Source: Entomortierella parvispora E1425 (taxonomy: Eukaryota > Fungi > Mortierellomycota). Taken from it: a stretch of DNA of 64,000 nt. The stretch lies in NCBI GenBank assembly GCA_020891255.1, contig BQFW01000008.1, forward strand, positions 2,232,001 to 2,296,000. Reading direction: 5' to 3'. Positions 49,723 through 63,392 of the stretch are shown piece by piece. Under the pieces are notes generated by a model. It was given only the letters and a program-made list of their open reading frames with translations, did not search any database and had not been told where the DNA came from. How positions within the stretch are numbered: the stretch's first letter is position 1; every line of letters begins with the position of its first letter. A program made the translations under genes and the position numbers.

Positions 49723-52700
49723 ATGACTGACTCCATTGGTAATCCCCTCTTTCATACCCTATCTTTCTGGCCCCTCTTGGCACTTGTAGTCGTCGTCTAT
49801 TGACACACCTATCCTCGTGGCTGATCCTCTCTAGATGTCCAGGCATACCTGGAAAAGACGCTGAACGAGCGCATCATGTATATCGATGGTGCCATGGGTA
49901 CCATGATCCAGCGTCTGCGCCTTGAAGAAAGCGACTTCCGAGGTAATTATACCCCTCTCTGCGTCAGTCGTCCCTACACTTCATTTGGGAAGTGACTCCA
50001 TCAAAGAATGACTCGTGGGAACTAGAGCCGTGCTCTTGAACAACGGAAAGAAGCGTGGACGATTTGGATGACCTGAGCGACCTGGACCCACCTCTCACGA
50101 AAGAGCAGATAAAGAATGGCGTTTTTTTCGTTTGATCTGAATCGATCAAATGTGACTCGACACTCAGTCCACGCTTCAAAACCCTTTTTTTTTTTTATTG
50201 AGCAAACGCCATTATGGTTTCCCCAGAGTTGTTCAATCGCCCGCCTGAAAGAATTATCGTGCCTGTCGGACTCCGACAGAGTGCAGGGAAGGAAGGAAAG
50301 AAACGACCGAGCTGAGTAGGAAGTTCACATGACAGGACTGGACACTGCTGGACAGGAACAAACCTCCAGCCAGCCAGAAAGACAGACGGGCAAGATCTGT
50401 TATCAGCAGCCAACCAGCCAATTCAAGCACGCTATTTTTCCCTGTCCCCACACACAACGCTAACGCCGCTCTCACCCCTTCCTATGGCCTCCCCACCTGT
50501 TACCCCAACCATATCCGTCCTCCTCATGCTCCATCAGGCGAGGAATTCAAGAATCACCCCAAAGATCTCAAGGGCAACAACGATATGCTGGTTTTTACTC
50601 AGCCAGACGCCATTGAGCTCATCCACTGGCAGTACCTTGACGCTGGAGCAGATATGGTCGAGACCAACACTTTCTCGTCCACCTCCATCGCCCAGTTGGA
50701 TTATGGTCTCGAGAAGTCGGCCTATCGCATGAACAAGGTCGCAGCCGAGGTTGCAAAGAGAGCCACAGCCAAGGTACCCTATTCACCAGTGCACAGCCAG
50801 CCGACTCAGGGGATGAAGAGGGGGGGAATGTACCACCAACCGGACGTCAACAAAAAAAAAACTTTTCTTTTTTCCAGCCTCTCTTTATTGACCCGTCATG
50901 ACCTCTTTCGTAGATGACGGCTCTCACACCTGATCGACCCCGTTTCGTTTGCGGTGCACTTGGACCAACAAATAGAACCTGCTCCATCTCGCCCTCCGTG
51001 GAGAACCCTGCCTTCAGAAACGTTACATTTGATGAGCTCGTGGAAGCCTATGCAGAGCAGACGAAGGGTCTTTTGGACGGAGGAGCGGATATCCTCTTGG
51101 TTGAAACAATTTTTGATACCCTGAATGCCAAAGCCGCCCTGTTTGCTATCGACCTTTGCTTCTCTGAAGGATGTCGCCGGACACCTGTCTTTGTCTCGGG
51201 AACAATTGTCGACATGTCAGGACGTACACTGAGTGGACAGACAGGAGAGGCTTTTGTGGTCTCGATGAAGCATGGTACACCCATGGCCATTGGCCTTAAC
51301 TGTGCGTTGGGAGCTGATCAAATGAGACCCTTCATCTACAACATTGGCCAGGCCGCAAAGTCGCACGTTATTTGCTACCCCAACGCTGTAAGTACCTCCG
51401 ACATTGGGGAGTGTCATTGCGTAATATTCGAGCTGGTATCTAGAGCTAACGTGGATCGTGTTTATATTGTTAGGGTCTTCCTAATGCTTTCGGTGAATAC
51501 GACGAGTCTCCAGAAGATATGGCCAAGCAGGTTGAGGTGTTTGCAAAGGAAGGATTGGTTTCGATCATTGGAGGATGCTGTGGTACAACTCCAGATCATA
51601 TCCGCGCCATTGCCAACGCTTGCAAGAAATACCCCCCTCACCGTTTCGAAAAGGAACCAGTGATCAGCTCCATGCTGCTGTCGGGTCTGGAACCCCTCAA
51701 AGTAGACCAGTCAAGTAACTTTATCAACATTGGAGAACGTTGCAACGTTGCAGGATCCCGCAAATTTGCACGCCATGTACTCAAGGGAGAGTACGACGAG
51801 TGTTTGGCCATTGCTCGTGCCCAGGTCGAGAACGGAGCCCAAGTGGTGGATGTCAACTTTGATGAGGGTATGTTGGACGGTGTGGCGGCCATGACCCGAT
51901 TCTTAAACTTGCTCAGCAGTGATCCCGATGTGAGCAAAGTGCCTCTGATGGTGGACTCTTCCAACTTTGCCGTCATTGAAGCTGGATTGAAGTGCGCCCA
52001 GGGCAAATGTATTGTTAACAGTATCTCGCTCAAGGCAGGAGAGGAGGAGTTTGTTCGCCAGGCTACGATCGTTCGCCGTTTTGGTGCCGCCGTAGTTGTG
52101 ATGGCCTTTGACGAACTTGGACAAGCCGACACGAAAGAGCGCAAGTTTGAGATTTGCTCGAGGTCCTACCATATTCTTGTCGACCAGGTCGGGTTCAACC
52201 CCAATGATATCATCTTTGACCCCAACATCTTGACCATCTGTACAGGAATGGAGGAGCACAACAACTACGGAGTCGAGTTTATTGAGGCTATTCGACTGAT
52301 CAAATCCAACTTGCCAGGAGCAAAGATTTCGGGAGGTGTCTCCAACTTGTCCTTCTCATTCCGCGGTATGGAAGTCATCCGTGAGGCGATGCACAGTGTG
52401 TTCTTGTACCATGCTATCAAGGCTGGCATGGACATGGGTATCGTCAACGCTGGTTTCTTGACTGTCTATGACGACATTCCCAAGGACCTGTTGCAGCTGT
52501 GCGAGGATGCGGTTTGGAACAGAGATCCCGAAGTCACGGACAAGCTTCTCGCCTATGCCCATGCTAATGCCAAGGGCGCCAAGAAGGAGGCTGAGACGGA
52601 GGAGTGGCGTTTGAAACCTGTGGCGGAACGCCTGTCGTATGCCTTGATCAAGGGAATTGTCAAGTACATTGTCGAGGACACAGAGGAGGCTCGCCAGGAT

Positions 52701-54392
52701 TTGGAAAAGTACCCCCGTCCCCTGAATGTCATTGAAGGACCTCTGATGAATGGTATGAGTATCGTTGGAGACTTGTTCGGAGCCGGAAAGATGTTCTTGC
52801 CTCAAGTCATCAAGTCGGCGCGTGTGATGAAGACTGCAGTGGCACATCTGATCCCCTTCATGGAGATTGAGCGTCTCAAGAACATTGCCGAGAAGGGATT
52901 GGCGGATGATGACAACTGGTACTCTGGCACTGTTCTTATGGCTACGGTCAAGGGAGATGTGCACGATATCGGCAAGAACATTGTGGCAGTCGTATTGGGC
53001 TGCAACAACTACAGAGTCATTGATCTCGGTGTCATGACGCCTTGCGACAAGATTATTCAGACGGCCATTAAGGAAAAGGTCGATGTTATTGGACTTTCCG
53101 GCTTGATCACGCCTTCGCTGGATGAGATGATTCACGTTGCCAAGGAGGCTGAAAGAGCAGGACTCAAGGTGCCAATTCTTATTGGAGGTGCCACTACTTC
53201 CAAGACCCACACGGCGGTGAAGGTCGCTCCTCGGTACACCCAGCCTGCCATTCACGTTTTGGATGCATCCAAGAGTGTGGTCGTGGTTTCGAGTTTGTTG
53301 GACGACAAGGTCCGGGAAGACTTTATTGAGGACATCAACGAGGAATACGAGGAGATCCGCGAGGACCACTACGAAGGTCTGAAGGATCGCCGGTACCTTA
53401 CTCTCTCGGCTGCGCGGGAACAGAAGCTAGTCTTGGACTGGACCCAGGAAAAGATTGTCAAGCCCTCGTTCATGGGCACGAAGGTCTTCAAGGACATTGA
53501 TCTCAACTCTGTCGTAAGCCACATTGACTGGAACCCATTCTTCCAGGTGTGGCAGCTCCGCGGCAAGTACCCTAACCGTGGCTACCCCAAGATCTTTAAC
53601 GACGAGACTGTGGGAGTCGAGGCCAAGAAGCTCCATGAGGAGGCCTTGGTGATGATGAAGAACATGATTGACAAGAAGCAATTGAAGGCCACTGGCATTG
53701 TTGGATTCTATCCTGCCAACAGTGTTGGTGATGACATTGAGATTTACGAGGACGAGTCCCGTTCCAAGGTAGTCGCCAAGTTCTATGGATTGCGCCAACA
53801 GGCCGAGAAGGAGAAGGAGTCGTCCGAGAAGTACATGTGTCTTTCAGATTTTGTTGCTCCCAAAGAGAGTGGTATTGCCGATTACCTGTCCATGTTTGCC
53901 GTCTCTGCCGGATTTGGATGCGATGAGCTCTGCGAGGAGTTCAAGGCCAACCACGATGACTATGGATCAATCATGGCCAAGTCCTTGGCGGATCGTTTGG
54001 CCGAGGCCTTTGCGGAAAAGTTGCACGAGGATATCCGCCGGGAACATTGGGGCTATGCACCAGATGAGGCCATGGATGTGACCGACATGTTGTCGATCAA
54101 GTACCAGGGCATTCGACCTGCACCCGGCTACCCCTCTCAGCCCGATCACACAGAGAAGAAGACCATGTGGGAGCTTGGCGATATTGAGGCACAAACTGGT
54201 ATTAGCTTGACCGAGTCTTTGGCCATGGAGCCCGGTGCATCTGTCTCTGCGATCGTGTTTGGACGTGGACAGTACTTTGCAGTGGGCAAGATTTCAGAGG
54301 ATCAGGTGACGGACTATGCCTCTCGCAAGAGCATGGAGAAGAGGGAGGTCGAGACGTGGCTGGGATCTGTTCTCGCGTACGACAATGAGTAA
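49723..54392 (+). CDS. MTR: Cobalamin-dependent methionine synthase (MetH/MTR), 5 exons
   Basis: IDGAMGT, KGNND, ETNTF, GLNCALG, GGCCGT (Zn ligands), [10 protein letters not shown], pterin domain, [13 protein letters not shown] (B12 DxHxxG), [22 protein letters not shown] (reactivation domain). Confidence 0.97.
50036..50279 (+). other. Structured RNA element (nested stems plus pseudoknot) in the 595-nt intron 2 of MetH
   Basis: Perfect complements 50036-50044/50228-50236 (9 bp), 50050-50060/50167-50177 (11 bp), 50115-50124/50204-50213 (10 bp, crossing the previous), and hairpins 50131-50150 and 50263-50279. Confidence 0.55.
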
Positions 54393-55877
54393 ACTATATT
54401 GATACCTTGCTAGAATATCACACTCGTAGAGGTGAATAAACATTAAAGTATCAGAACAAACACATTGTAAGCAAACATTATGGGGCGATCATCTTCACAG
54501 AACCGGGTGCAGGATCCGCAAAGGTATTGTAACAAAGGTTTATGGCCCATCTTGGGAAAACAAAAACGACCACAAAAAAAAAAAAAGAAAGAAAAAGAAA
54601 AGAAAAGAGGAAAGAGCCTCTTGCCGCGGAGGTTTTAAAACTCGGGGTACCCTGTCCGAGAGCCAAGCAAGCTCTTGGCATTTTGTTTTGCTCCGGGGGT
54701 GCACATGCTCTTTCTACTTTCAAAGATTATTCATCCGGGTTGCAATAAAGTCTGTGGGGGGGGGGGGGTATGGACAGTTGTGGAGGACAATGGGGTGATA
54801 GACATCTCATGGGTTGAGCACGGGTCTGAAAAAAAGTGTCGTGTCTGTCACGCGTTCTTCGAGGGTGTCACCTCTTTTTTTTCTCTGTTGAGCACTTTAC
54901 TCGACGAAAATCGGGAATGGTGGATGAGGCGTAAGTAACTGAGGAGCCTTTTGCTTTGGTTGGTTTGAGTTGTTTGGTCGATTCCAATTGGGGGGGCAAG
55001 AAAGAAATGAGGAAGAGGAAGGGTGAATTCAAAAAAAAAATAATAAAGGAAAGGAAAGGAGGGCTGAGAAGGAGGGCGGGTGTGCAAACAGACTTTCAAA
55101 AAAGAAACTCGTACTTGCTTGACAAAGAGCTAACCCTTGATCAGCATGTTTTGTAGACTTTCTCGCGTGGAAACACGAAGGGAGAGGAAAGGTACAAAAA
55201 ACAAACTGGGGAACAGTGGAGCTCTGTTTGTTTGTTGTCGTGGAGAACAACTCTTGTGTTCAGTAGCTTTCTTGGCAGACACAATGAGAGCCTTCCTCGA
55301 CCGCTGAGAAGAGGCATGCTAAAATGTCCAACTATCCCACAGTCATTTTGAAGAATGGCTGGTAGTCTTGAGCGCGAACTGGGAAGTCCAGGCAGTGGGC
55401 TATGGAAGAAGCAAACGTGTACCTCGTGCTGTGCAGTCTTATCAAGAAATACCAAACATAGGATCCCTACGCCTACGTGAGTATTCCACGGTAATGGCCA
55501 TGGCCTGCAAGCCCCACACCTCAACACTCAGGAACTAATAGATACAAAGTGCAACACAGAACAACAGGGCTCTCTTTCAGTAACAGGGCGCGTTACAGGC
55601 AGCCTCTCCCTGGTAGAGAAGACTTTTGTTCAAGGACCTCAATGCGAGGGCGAGGCCCGAGATTGTGGTCTTGCTCTGGGGAGGTATAAAAGAAGGACCC
55701 CACGGCGACCTTTTACTAGCCCCGTCGACTTCTGTTCAGCTGTCCTCCTCCCTACCTTCTCTCTCGCTCTCCCATTCTCCGCGTATTCACGCCTCTGAAC
55801 CCTCCATCACCCCACCCAAGCTACTTCCCCCCTCAATAACCTCATCCCGCAGAGTCTCACTTCGTGCTCTATCCACC

Positions 55878-58800
55878 ATGGCGTTCGACATCCGCGATGA
55901 CGAAGCAGATCACCACCCGGATGAGTTTGAGGAGTACGACAATGTGAAAGACACTGCCCCACCAAAGTTCTACCGACGGCGCAAGTTCTGGATGTTCTGC
56001 ATCCCAAACTTGATCATTGCCACCATTGTCGCTGTTCTCCTCGGGCTATACGTAATCATGCCCAAGATTGCGCAGAGTTTGATGAACAAGGCCACCATTG
56101 AGTTTGACCAGATTGTAAGTGGAGGAGTTCTTGGTTCATGGTTTCGATTATGGAAGAATGGCAACTTCACCTTGATATTTTCGTACTTATGTGCTACTTT
56201 CTTCACTTCGCACTTTGATTTTTATAGGACATCACCAACCCCTCGGCTACGAGCATGAATATTGCTATGGTCGGCAGCATGAAAGATACAGGCCCATTCG
56301 CAGCCGAGATTTCTTTCCCTGGAGACGTTACCGTCTCTTGGAACGGTATTGTTCTCGGCACGACTCAGATTCCTGGCAGCAGCAAGGCCTCGTAAGTCAG
56401 GCCATTCATTTTCCGACCCTGTTTGACGATGGAGCTGTCTGATGGTAATGGGCCAGAGAGCTTTTCCGCTAATTTTTCTTTCTTTTTTTTTTTTTATCCG
56501 CCTCTAACTCAACTTCCCAGTGACGGTCATGGTTCTCTCAACCTAGCCAGCAGCTTCACTGTGACCAATACCACCGGCTTTACCGAGTTCTCATCCTACA
56601 TGCTCAATGCTGAAAGCTTCACTTGGCACCTCGAGGGGAAGCTGAACGTCCATGCCCTTAGTCGCACGGTCAAGAACCTTGACTTGAAAAAGGACATCAA
56701 AGTCAGCGGTAAGTGAATGGCATGACCACTCTTCTCATTATCATCCCTATTTTTTCCTTTTGCTGACTCTATCTTTTGTCCTCTCAACCCAGCCTTCAAC
56801 GGTCTTAATGGAATTAAGATTGACAAGTTCTCACTGCCCGGTGACGATCCTAACGGAAAAGGCATCATTATCGAGATCGATACCACTGTCAACAATCCTT
56901 CGTCTATCCAGATGTACATGGGAAGCTTGACTCTTGCCATCTCCTACAAGGATGTCCTCATGGGTTATGTTACTTCCACTAATATGACGATGGTCCGTGG
57001 TCCTCAAACAATGACTATGACTGGAGTACTGATTCCTCAAAATACCACTGAGGGTCTCGCCGCCACATCCGAGATGATGTCGCGGTATATTGGCAATGTT
57101 CTCACAAACACTACGGCCACGGGTGTTGATGTCAAACCGGATGGCATCAACACGCTTGGATGGCTTTCGGATGCAGTTAAGAGCCTCAAGCTGGTCGTCC
57201 CTCTTCAAAGCCCCGTGCCTCTTCAACTTATCAAGTCCTTGAACCTCGGGGCGTTGGGTCTGGTCTTCACCCCTCCTACCGCCTACGAGCCCATCACCAC
57301 CTCGACCGGCGTTCTTGCCAATTACAGTCTCCCTGATGGATTCAACTTCAACATTTCGTTCCAGCAGGTCTCGAACTCGTTTGCTTTGACCCGCGGGGGT
57401 GTCGTTATCGCCAACCTCAACTCCTCCTACAACCCTTCGACGTCGGACATGGCTGCTGGCACTTTGACTTTCAACCTGTTGGCCACCCCACTCTTGGTCC
57501 CTGACGCATCGCACCTGCCATTCCAAGAGTTCAATCGTGACTTGACCATTGGAGCAGATCTCCCTTTCAATGTGGTTGGCCAGGCGTCGGTCTACGCCAA
57601 CACATCCATCGGCGTCGTCAATCTGGTCAACATCCCCTTTAACGCGTCAACCCAACTGAGTGGTCTCCAAAGTCTTGCCAACCCAGCCCCCACTATCACT
57701 TCCCTCCAGGTCGTGTCTGGAACTCCAACGGGTTTGACGATGAACATTTCGGTCATCATTGTCAACCCATCGTCGATCTCGCTCAACGCTGGTGATGTTG
57801 TCCTTGCTCTGGTCTATAAGGGTATCAATCTCGGAACAGTTACCATGCCCAACTTAAACATTATCCCAGGGGCCAACGCCATCGCCACCTCGTCCACGAT
57901 TGACCCAGCCAAGTCACCCGAGGGTCTTGAGTTGTTGAACCTGTACACTAGCGGCGCTGGTGCCACCGTTAGCATCGCTGGCACCCCTACCAGCACTGAT
58001 GTTGAGTCTTTGAGTCTGGCCTTTAGCGCTTTGAACATCGAGACTCAGATGCCGGGACTTCAGTCCAAGCTGCTCGCTGGTGCATCCTTGCTTGTCTTGA
58101 ACACCACTCTCATCAATGGTCTTGCTCAGACAGTTGTTACTGTCAACAACCCCTTCGTTCCTGCGATGACCATCCTGTCCATCGACTCCAAGATTACCTA
58201 CAATGGCGTGGCTGTCGGCTCCGTCGTGTCAACCTTTGCCACACCTCCTGTTATCCCTGGCGTCGGCCAGGGTACCATTACCGCTAGCCTGGCCATGAAC
58301 ACCAATCCCCACGATCTCGTCACTCTCATCCGCACTCAAGCCATCAAGAATGGAATGAACACTGCTGCCTTTGATGGATTGATCTCGCTCCAGTCGGGAG
58401 GCAATCCCCCAGCCAGTCTTTTCGTTGGATTTAATGTTGCCGACTTTACCCTCAAGGCCATGACCGGTCTCCAGGTCGACATCACCATGGTCACAACCGT
58501 CAAAGTTGGGGACTACCAGGTCACGATCCCCTACACTCAGACAGGAGTTGCCACTACCACAGATGCATCGTTGTTGAAGCTGATCCCCATTGTCGGCACA
58601 CCCATTGCCCAAGCACTTGTTGACGGCTCGGTCCTTCAGTTTGATGCTATCAAGATTTTATCGCCTTCAGACACCAGCTTCCAGACCGACATTAACGGAC
58701 TCATTTCCAACACTGGGCCGATGGATGCTCAGATTGTATTCCCCAACCCTGTCACTGTCTCCTACGGTGGCAAGGTGATCGGCTCTATGGCGATGCCCAC

Positions 58801-60987
58801 TGTCAATGCTGTGGCCGGCAAAGGAGCCGAGCTGAATCTCACCGGTGTTGCTTTTACCATCTCGGACATTACTGCCTACACGGACTTTACAATCTTTGCA
58901 CTTAACAACGCCAAGTTTGAATGGACGATAGCCAGTACTGGTGTCGTCGTCAATGCCATGGGTGTTCCCATTCCTGGAGTGTCCATGTCCAAGACTGTGA
59001 CCCTTGATGGTTTCAACAAATTGGCGGGTCTCCAACTTTCTAGCAACTATACTATTACCGACGTGGATGATCAAGGTCTGCATCTGCTTATTGGTGCCTC
59101 CTTGCAGAACCCCTCCACCATTGGCATGACTATTCCTGTTTCACAGTTTAGCACGGTCTTCCATGGCACGACTCTTGGACCTGCTGTCGTCAACGGCCTG
59201 ACGTTGATCCCCCACGGGACATCTGATTTTGCTCTGCAAGCTATGATTGTCCCCAACGCCAATGTCGACATGACGCCCTACCTTGTTGGGATCTTTGAGA
59301 ATGCGCTGAGCGGTGCCAATACCCCTCTTCAGGCTATTGGCACTGGCGCTCCTGGTGTTTCTTGGTTGGATACTGCCCTCAAGAGCTTAACATTGGAGAC
59401 CGTCCTTCCTCCTTTGTCCGCGCCTCCAATCCAGTCTGTGACGATCAACGCCATGTCGATGGACTTTGCATGCGACAGCTGTGAGCTCAATCCAATTGCG
59501 ACCTCCAACATCACGGCCGTGACAAACCTACCCTTCGCCAAGGACGCACCAATCGTGTCCTTAAAGCAAAACATCTTTGTTCTGGATTCCAATGGTTCAG
59601 TTGTAGGCAACCTCATCACGCCCTACAATAACGCCACAGTATCTGGCAACACAGTGTCAACGACCACTCCACAGTCACCCTTAGTGGTCAATCCAAAAGA
59701 CCAGGCGACGTACTCTACCTTCATCAACGATCTGAACCAAGCCGACCATTACCAACTTGGACTCAACGGCACCGTAGATTCCATTCTGAAGCTGGGGCCT
59801 TTTGGAAATATCGAGGTCAAGGGCATCAGGCTCGATGTGAAATCCAACTTGGACGGACTCCAGGGATTGAAAGTGGTCGACCTTCGGTATATTGCCGGTT
59901 TCAAATTTGGAATTAGCACGGTCGATATTACTTCTATTGTCAACATCCATAACCCGAGCAAATTGACCCTCCACATCGGAAAGTTGACCCTTCGCTTGAA
60001 TGCCACGACCGGCTATGCAGGCGTCACTGTTATCCCTGATCTGACCCTGGTTCCTGGCGACAATGTGATGCCAAATGTGGCGAATTTAGAAACGTCAGCT
60101 CCAGGTACCCGCGAGGTTCTGGGTGGAACCACGGTTGGGCCAGTTCCTTTGACCATGTACGCCTTCCCTGGGTCTAGTTCGAACAAAGCCCTAGATGCTG
60201 GATTGCAATCCTTGGTCAGCACGACTATTGAGCCGTTCCAGCTTCGGAGTCCTGTCCCCGCTCTTCTCTACGATAAAGTCTGGACGGTCACTGCTTTACC
60301 CAACACGCTACAGGATGGTATCGTGGATGTCACGGCAAAGTTCAAAAACCCTTACGCTGGCATGCCCTTTGAGATCCTGTCTGTACTTCCTGATCCTCAG
60401 GTGTGGAGCACTCAACAAATGCAGATTCAACCTTCAAACTCTACCGGCCCTGGAATTTTTCTCCCCATTGGTGACTACTCGATGTCTCTGGCGGAGGATG
60501 GTTCCTGGCAAGAGGTGACCTTCAAAATGCAATCACAAAAAGTAGGCGCCGATGTGACCGCCACATTCGGGCCCTGGTTCGAGGCTTCGCGGACTCAAAA
60601 CGTAGGAATGACCGTTACCCTGGCCCCAGTGGTCGAAGTTGGAAATCCGCCGTTGATCACCAACCCTGGTAAGTTCTCTCGCATTTCCACTGCCTTGTCT
60701 GCTTTTTGGGGGGGGGGGGATCTTGTAAAAGATTAACCATGCATGACCTTTGCTTTCCTCTAAAAAAAATAGATTTCTCAAGTCTAAACTCATATCCCTT
60801 GAATGGAGGCGCATGGAACGCCACCACCTGGGATACTCAGTTTTCAGCTGGTGAAGGTCTCTACACAGTTTACCAGTATATCTTGAGTCTGACGACGCCA
60901 CGACCCCCGACGCCCAGTGGATCATCTACACTTGCTGCCACGTTGTTGCCTACAGCGACTTCAGCTCCTTTGGTTCCTTCACCGTAA
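55878..60987 (+). CDS. Large type II membrane protein with tandem DUF3712/LEA_2-like beta repeats (multi-exon)
   Basis: Acidic N-tail, RRRKFW followed by one TM helix, then recurring NPSxxxxxxG modules (NPSSIQMYMG, NPSSISLNAG, NPSTIGMTIP, NPSKLTLHIG), FTW and KTVTLDGFN motifs. Confidence 0.8.
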
Positions 60988-61194
60988 CCCACGGTTTCCA
61001 CAGTTGCCGTTTAATATCACTCTCTTACTCTTCTCCATCAGATTTGGAGTAGCAATCCCATCCCTCCACCATTTCATCCCTTCATAGCCCTGAATAATAA
61101 TTTTCAGGTTGTTTAAAAAATGTATTTCCGAGAAGTGATGATGTGCCCAAATGAAACAAGGGCGTGTCCTATCCGTGGGGGATAGAACTACTCT

Positions 61195-63392
61195 CTAAAG
61201 CGCTTCAGCGGAGCGGCTTTGGGACTCACTCAAGTCCTTCTTGGCCTCACATTCTTGCTCATACCTCTTGGAGGGCTTTTGTGGGTGCAAAGGAATCGTG
61301 CCCCGGTTTTCAACCTTGGGCAGGAACGCGACCTGAGGACGATAGCCGGCGGATTTTGCATATTGTCGTTGCTGAACGGACTGGGGCAGGTTCATGAGGA
61401 TCCACCGGAAGATTCGGTCCGAGAGCGTTTGACCGGAGAGGACCTTTGAGAATTGTTCGCTCAGTTTATACAGCATCTTTGTCCGTTCATACCGTTGCTC
61501 GTAATAGCTTTGGAAGGCGTCCGTAAGGCTGTCAACGGAGAGGTTTTTGAGGTCATAGAGACAGTTGGCGAGGACGACTGCGTCTTGGATTGCGTTGACG
61601 GCACCTGTTCGAGGTAGGGAGGGAGAAAGGGATACCTGTGAGACTCTTCACTCGATACTATTGAACGAGAGCAAGGAACATACCTTGACCGGCAGCTGGC
61701 AACATCTGATAGTGCGTGCGGCAGGAGGAGATTAAAGCAACGTTAGTATCAGACAATCGAAGAATCTTCGCAGACCCCGAGCAATGCAGCTGCTTGTCGA
61801 CTGCACGTTTAACCCCAGTCTCTCATATTTACCTTGTGGCATGCTATGGCGATGGTCAAAGGGCCAGATAGTCCATAATAAATATTAGTGAAGATGTCTC
61901 CGTGATCGCAGTTTTCAAAAAAAAAAAAAAAAAAAAAAAAAAGGCGGGGATCTCTAAACTCGCCCACACATATCACTTACCATCTCCAATGAGCACACAG
62001 CGGCCATGGTACCATGTCTGGAACATCTTATGTTCAAGAAAGACTTTGGAGATCAACTCTGGAGGAGTGGCGTCAATGATATCGCCCATCTTACCCCCAA
62101 AAGGCGAAGGCCTGTTATAAAACTCATCGATCATTTCCTGGTTGGCCTCTGGTCCCCATTCAGAGTTCATAAACTGCTGTCGTCTGGCCTCCTCCTTGCT
62201 TTGGAACTGAAGCGTCAGCTGCCAGGCGATACGATTGTTGCGCATGGAGACACAGCCCCACTGGAGTAAAGTAGAAAAAAAGGCATCAGAACAACAGCAA
62301 CATATTCTTGACTCATTCAGACATTCACACAAGTAAAAGTAATTGATGAAACTTACGCCATGTCGATCTCCTCCAACAGCCGACTTGAAGTGAGCAAACT
62401 CATCCTTCAGTTGAGGATACTTTTCAGAATCCATCGGTTCTGTCAGGCCCACCATACATGTGAATCCAACCTCCAATTGCTTCTTGTCCTCCTTGGGCAG
62501 TTTTCCCTGTTCTTCCAAGTCCCTGTACATGTTTTGTCTGCAAGCACTATAAGTGCCGTCTAACCATTTTGGAGTCATTGTTAGATTTCAATTGCCACTT
62601 TTGTTTTCAAAAAAGACTTTGGAATGTCTGAAGAAAAAAAAGGTCATCGTCTTACCTGCCCCGACCACCATATCAGCAATATATTCACTGTTGTCTGCGC
62701 AAGTGACCACAACCTTGTCCTTGTGTTCCTCCTTCTCTTCGATTTTGAGAACCCTCTTGCCCCAACCAACTCTCTCGGTTGGAATCTTGGAAAGCATCAG
62801 CTTGTACAAATCAGGTCTAGGCAGTAAGATGTTTTCATATCCGCTCCTATAGGTCCCCAACAGCAACAAGAGCGAGGCATATCAAAACGAAGGAGAGTCA
62901 TTAGTAACGTCATCTGTCATTTCTTTTTTTTTTTTTTTTTTTGTTTTTGTTTTTGCTTTCTTGATATATCGGCAATGAGTGGAGGCGCGTCAGAGTTAGA
63001 AGATAGTGTTGCTTTACAATCCTTTCAAGTCCCGGTGCACGAGTTCGCCAATGAGGCTTAGATTTTCGTTATAATGAAGAACTCTTGGGAAAGGGAGCGA
63101 GATCGCATGCAACTCTTCGAGCATTCCAAGTTGTTCAAACAAGGCCTGGATACCAGGTGTCAAAGACATGACGGACCGTTTGATAGAAAAAAAAGAGAAT
63201 TAGGATCAAAAGGTGAAGTTGGGCGCAAAAACTGTGATTGAATCAATTACCCAACGGTTTGAGAGTGATGGCCCGTTCGAGAATGCAGTAATCAATGCCC
63301 ATACGCTCCAGAAGCATGCCCAGCATGAGGCCACCCAGGCCGCCGCCCACGACAATCACTTTGGGCAGCGGTCTTTCGCTTGGCAGGGACAT
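61195..63392 (-). CDS. FAD-dependent monooxygenase (FAD_binding_3 family, multi-exon)
   Basis: KVIVVGGGLGGL (Rossmann GxGxxG), ILERA, MVVGA(DG), WYHGRCVLIGD, GAVNAIQDAVVLANCL. Confidence 0.9.

Noticed and set aside
50010-50390. Canonical cobalamin riboswitch
   Set aside because: Consensus pieces are out of order and the P4-P6 core is not recognisable; kept only as an unassigned structured element.
13479-54392. SHMT and MetH as a one-carbon metabolism gene cluster
   Set aside because: They are ~34 kb apart and separated by unrelated genes and transposons.
55300-55450. QWAMEEANVYLVLCSLIKKY segment faintly like a P450 C-terminus
   Set aside because: No heme-ligand Cys motif and no upstream P450 sequence.
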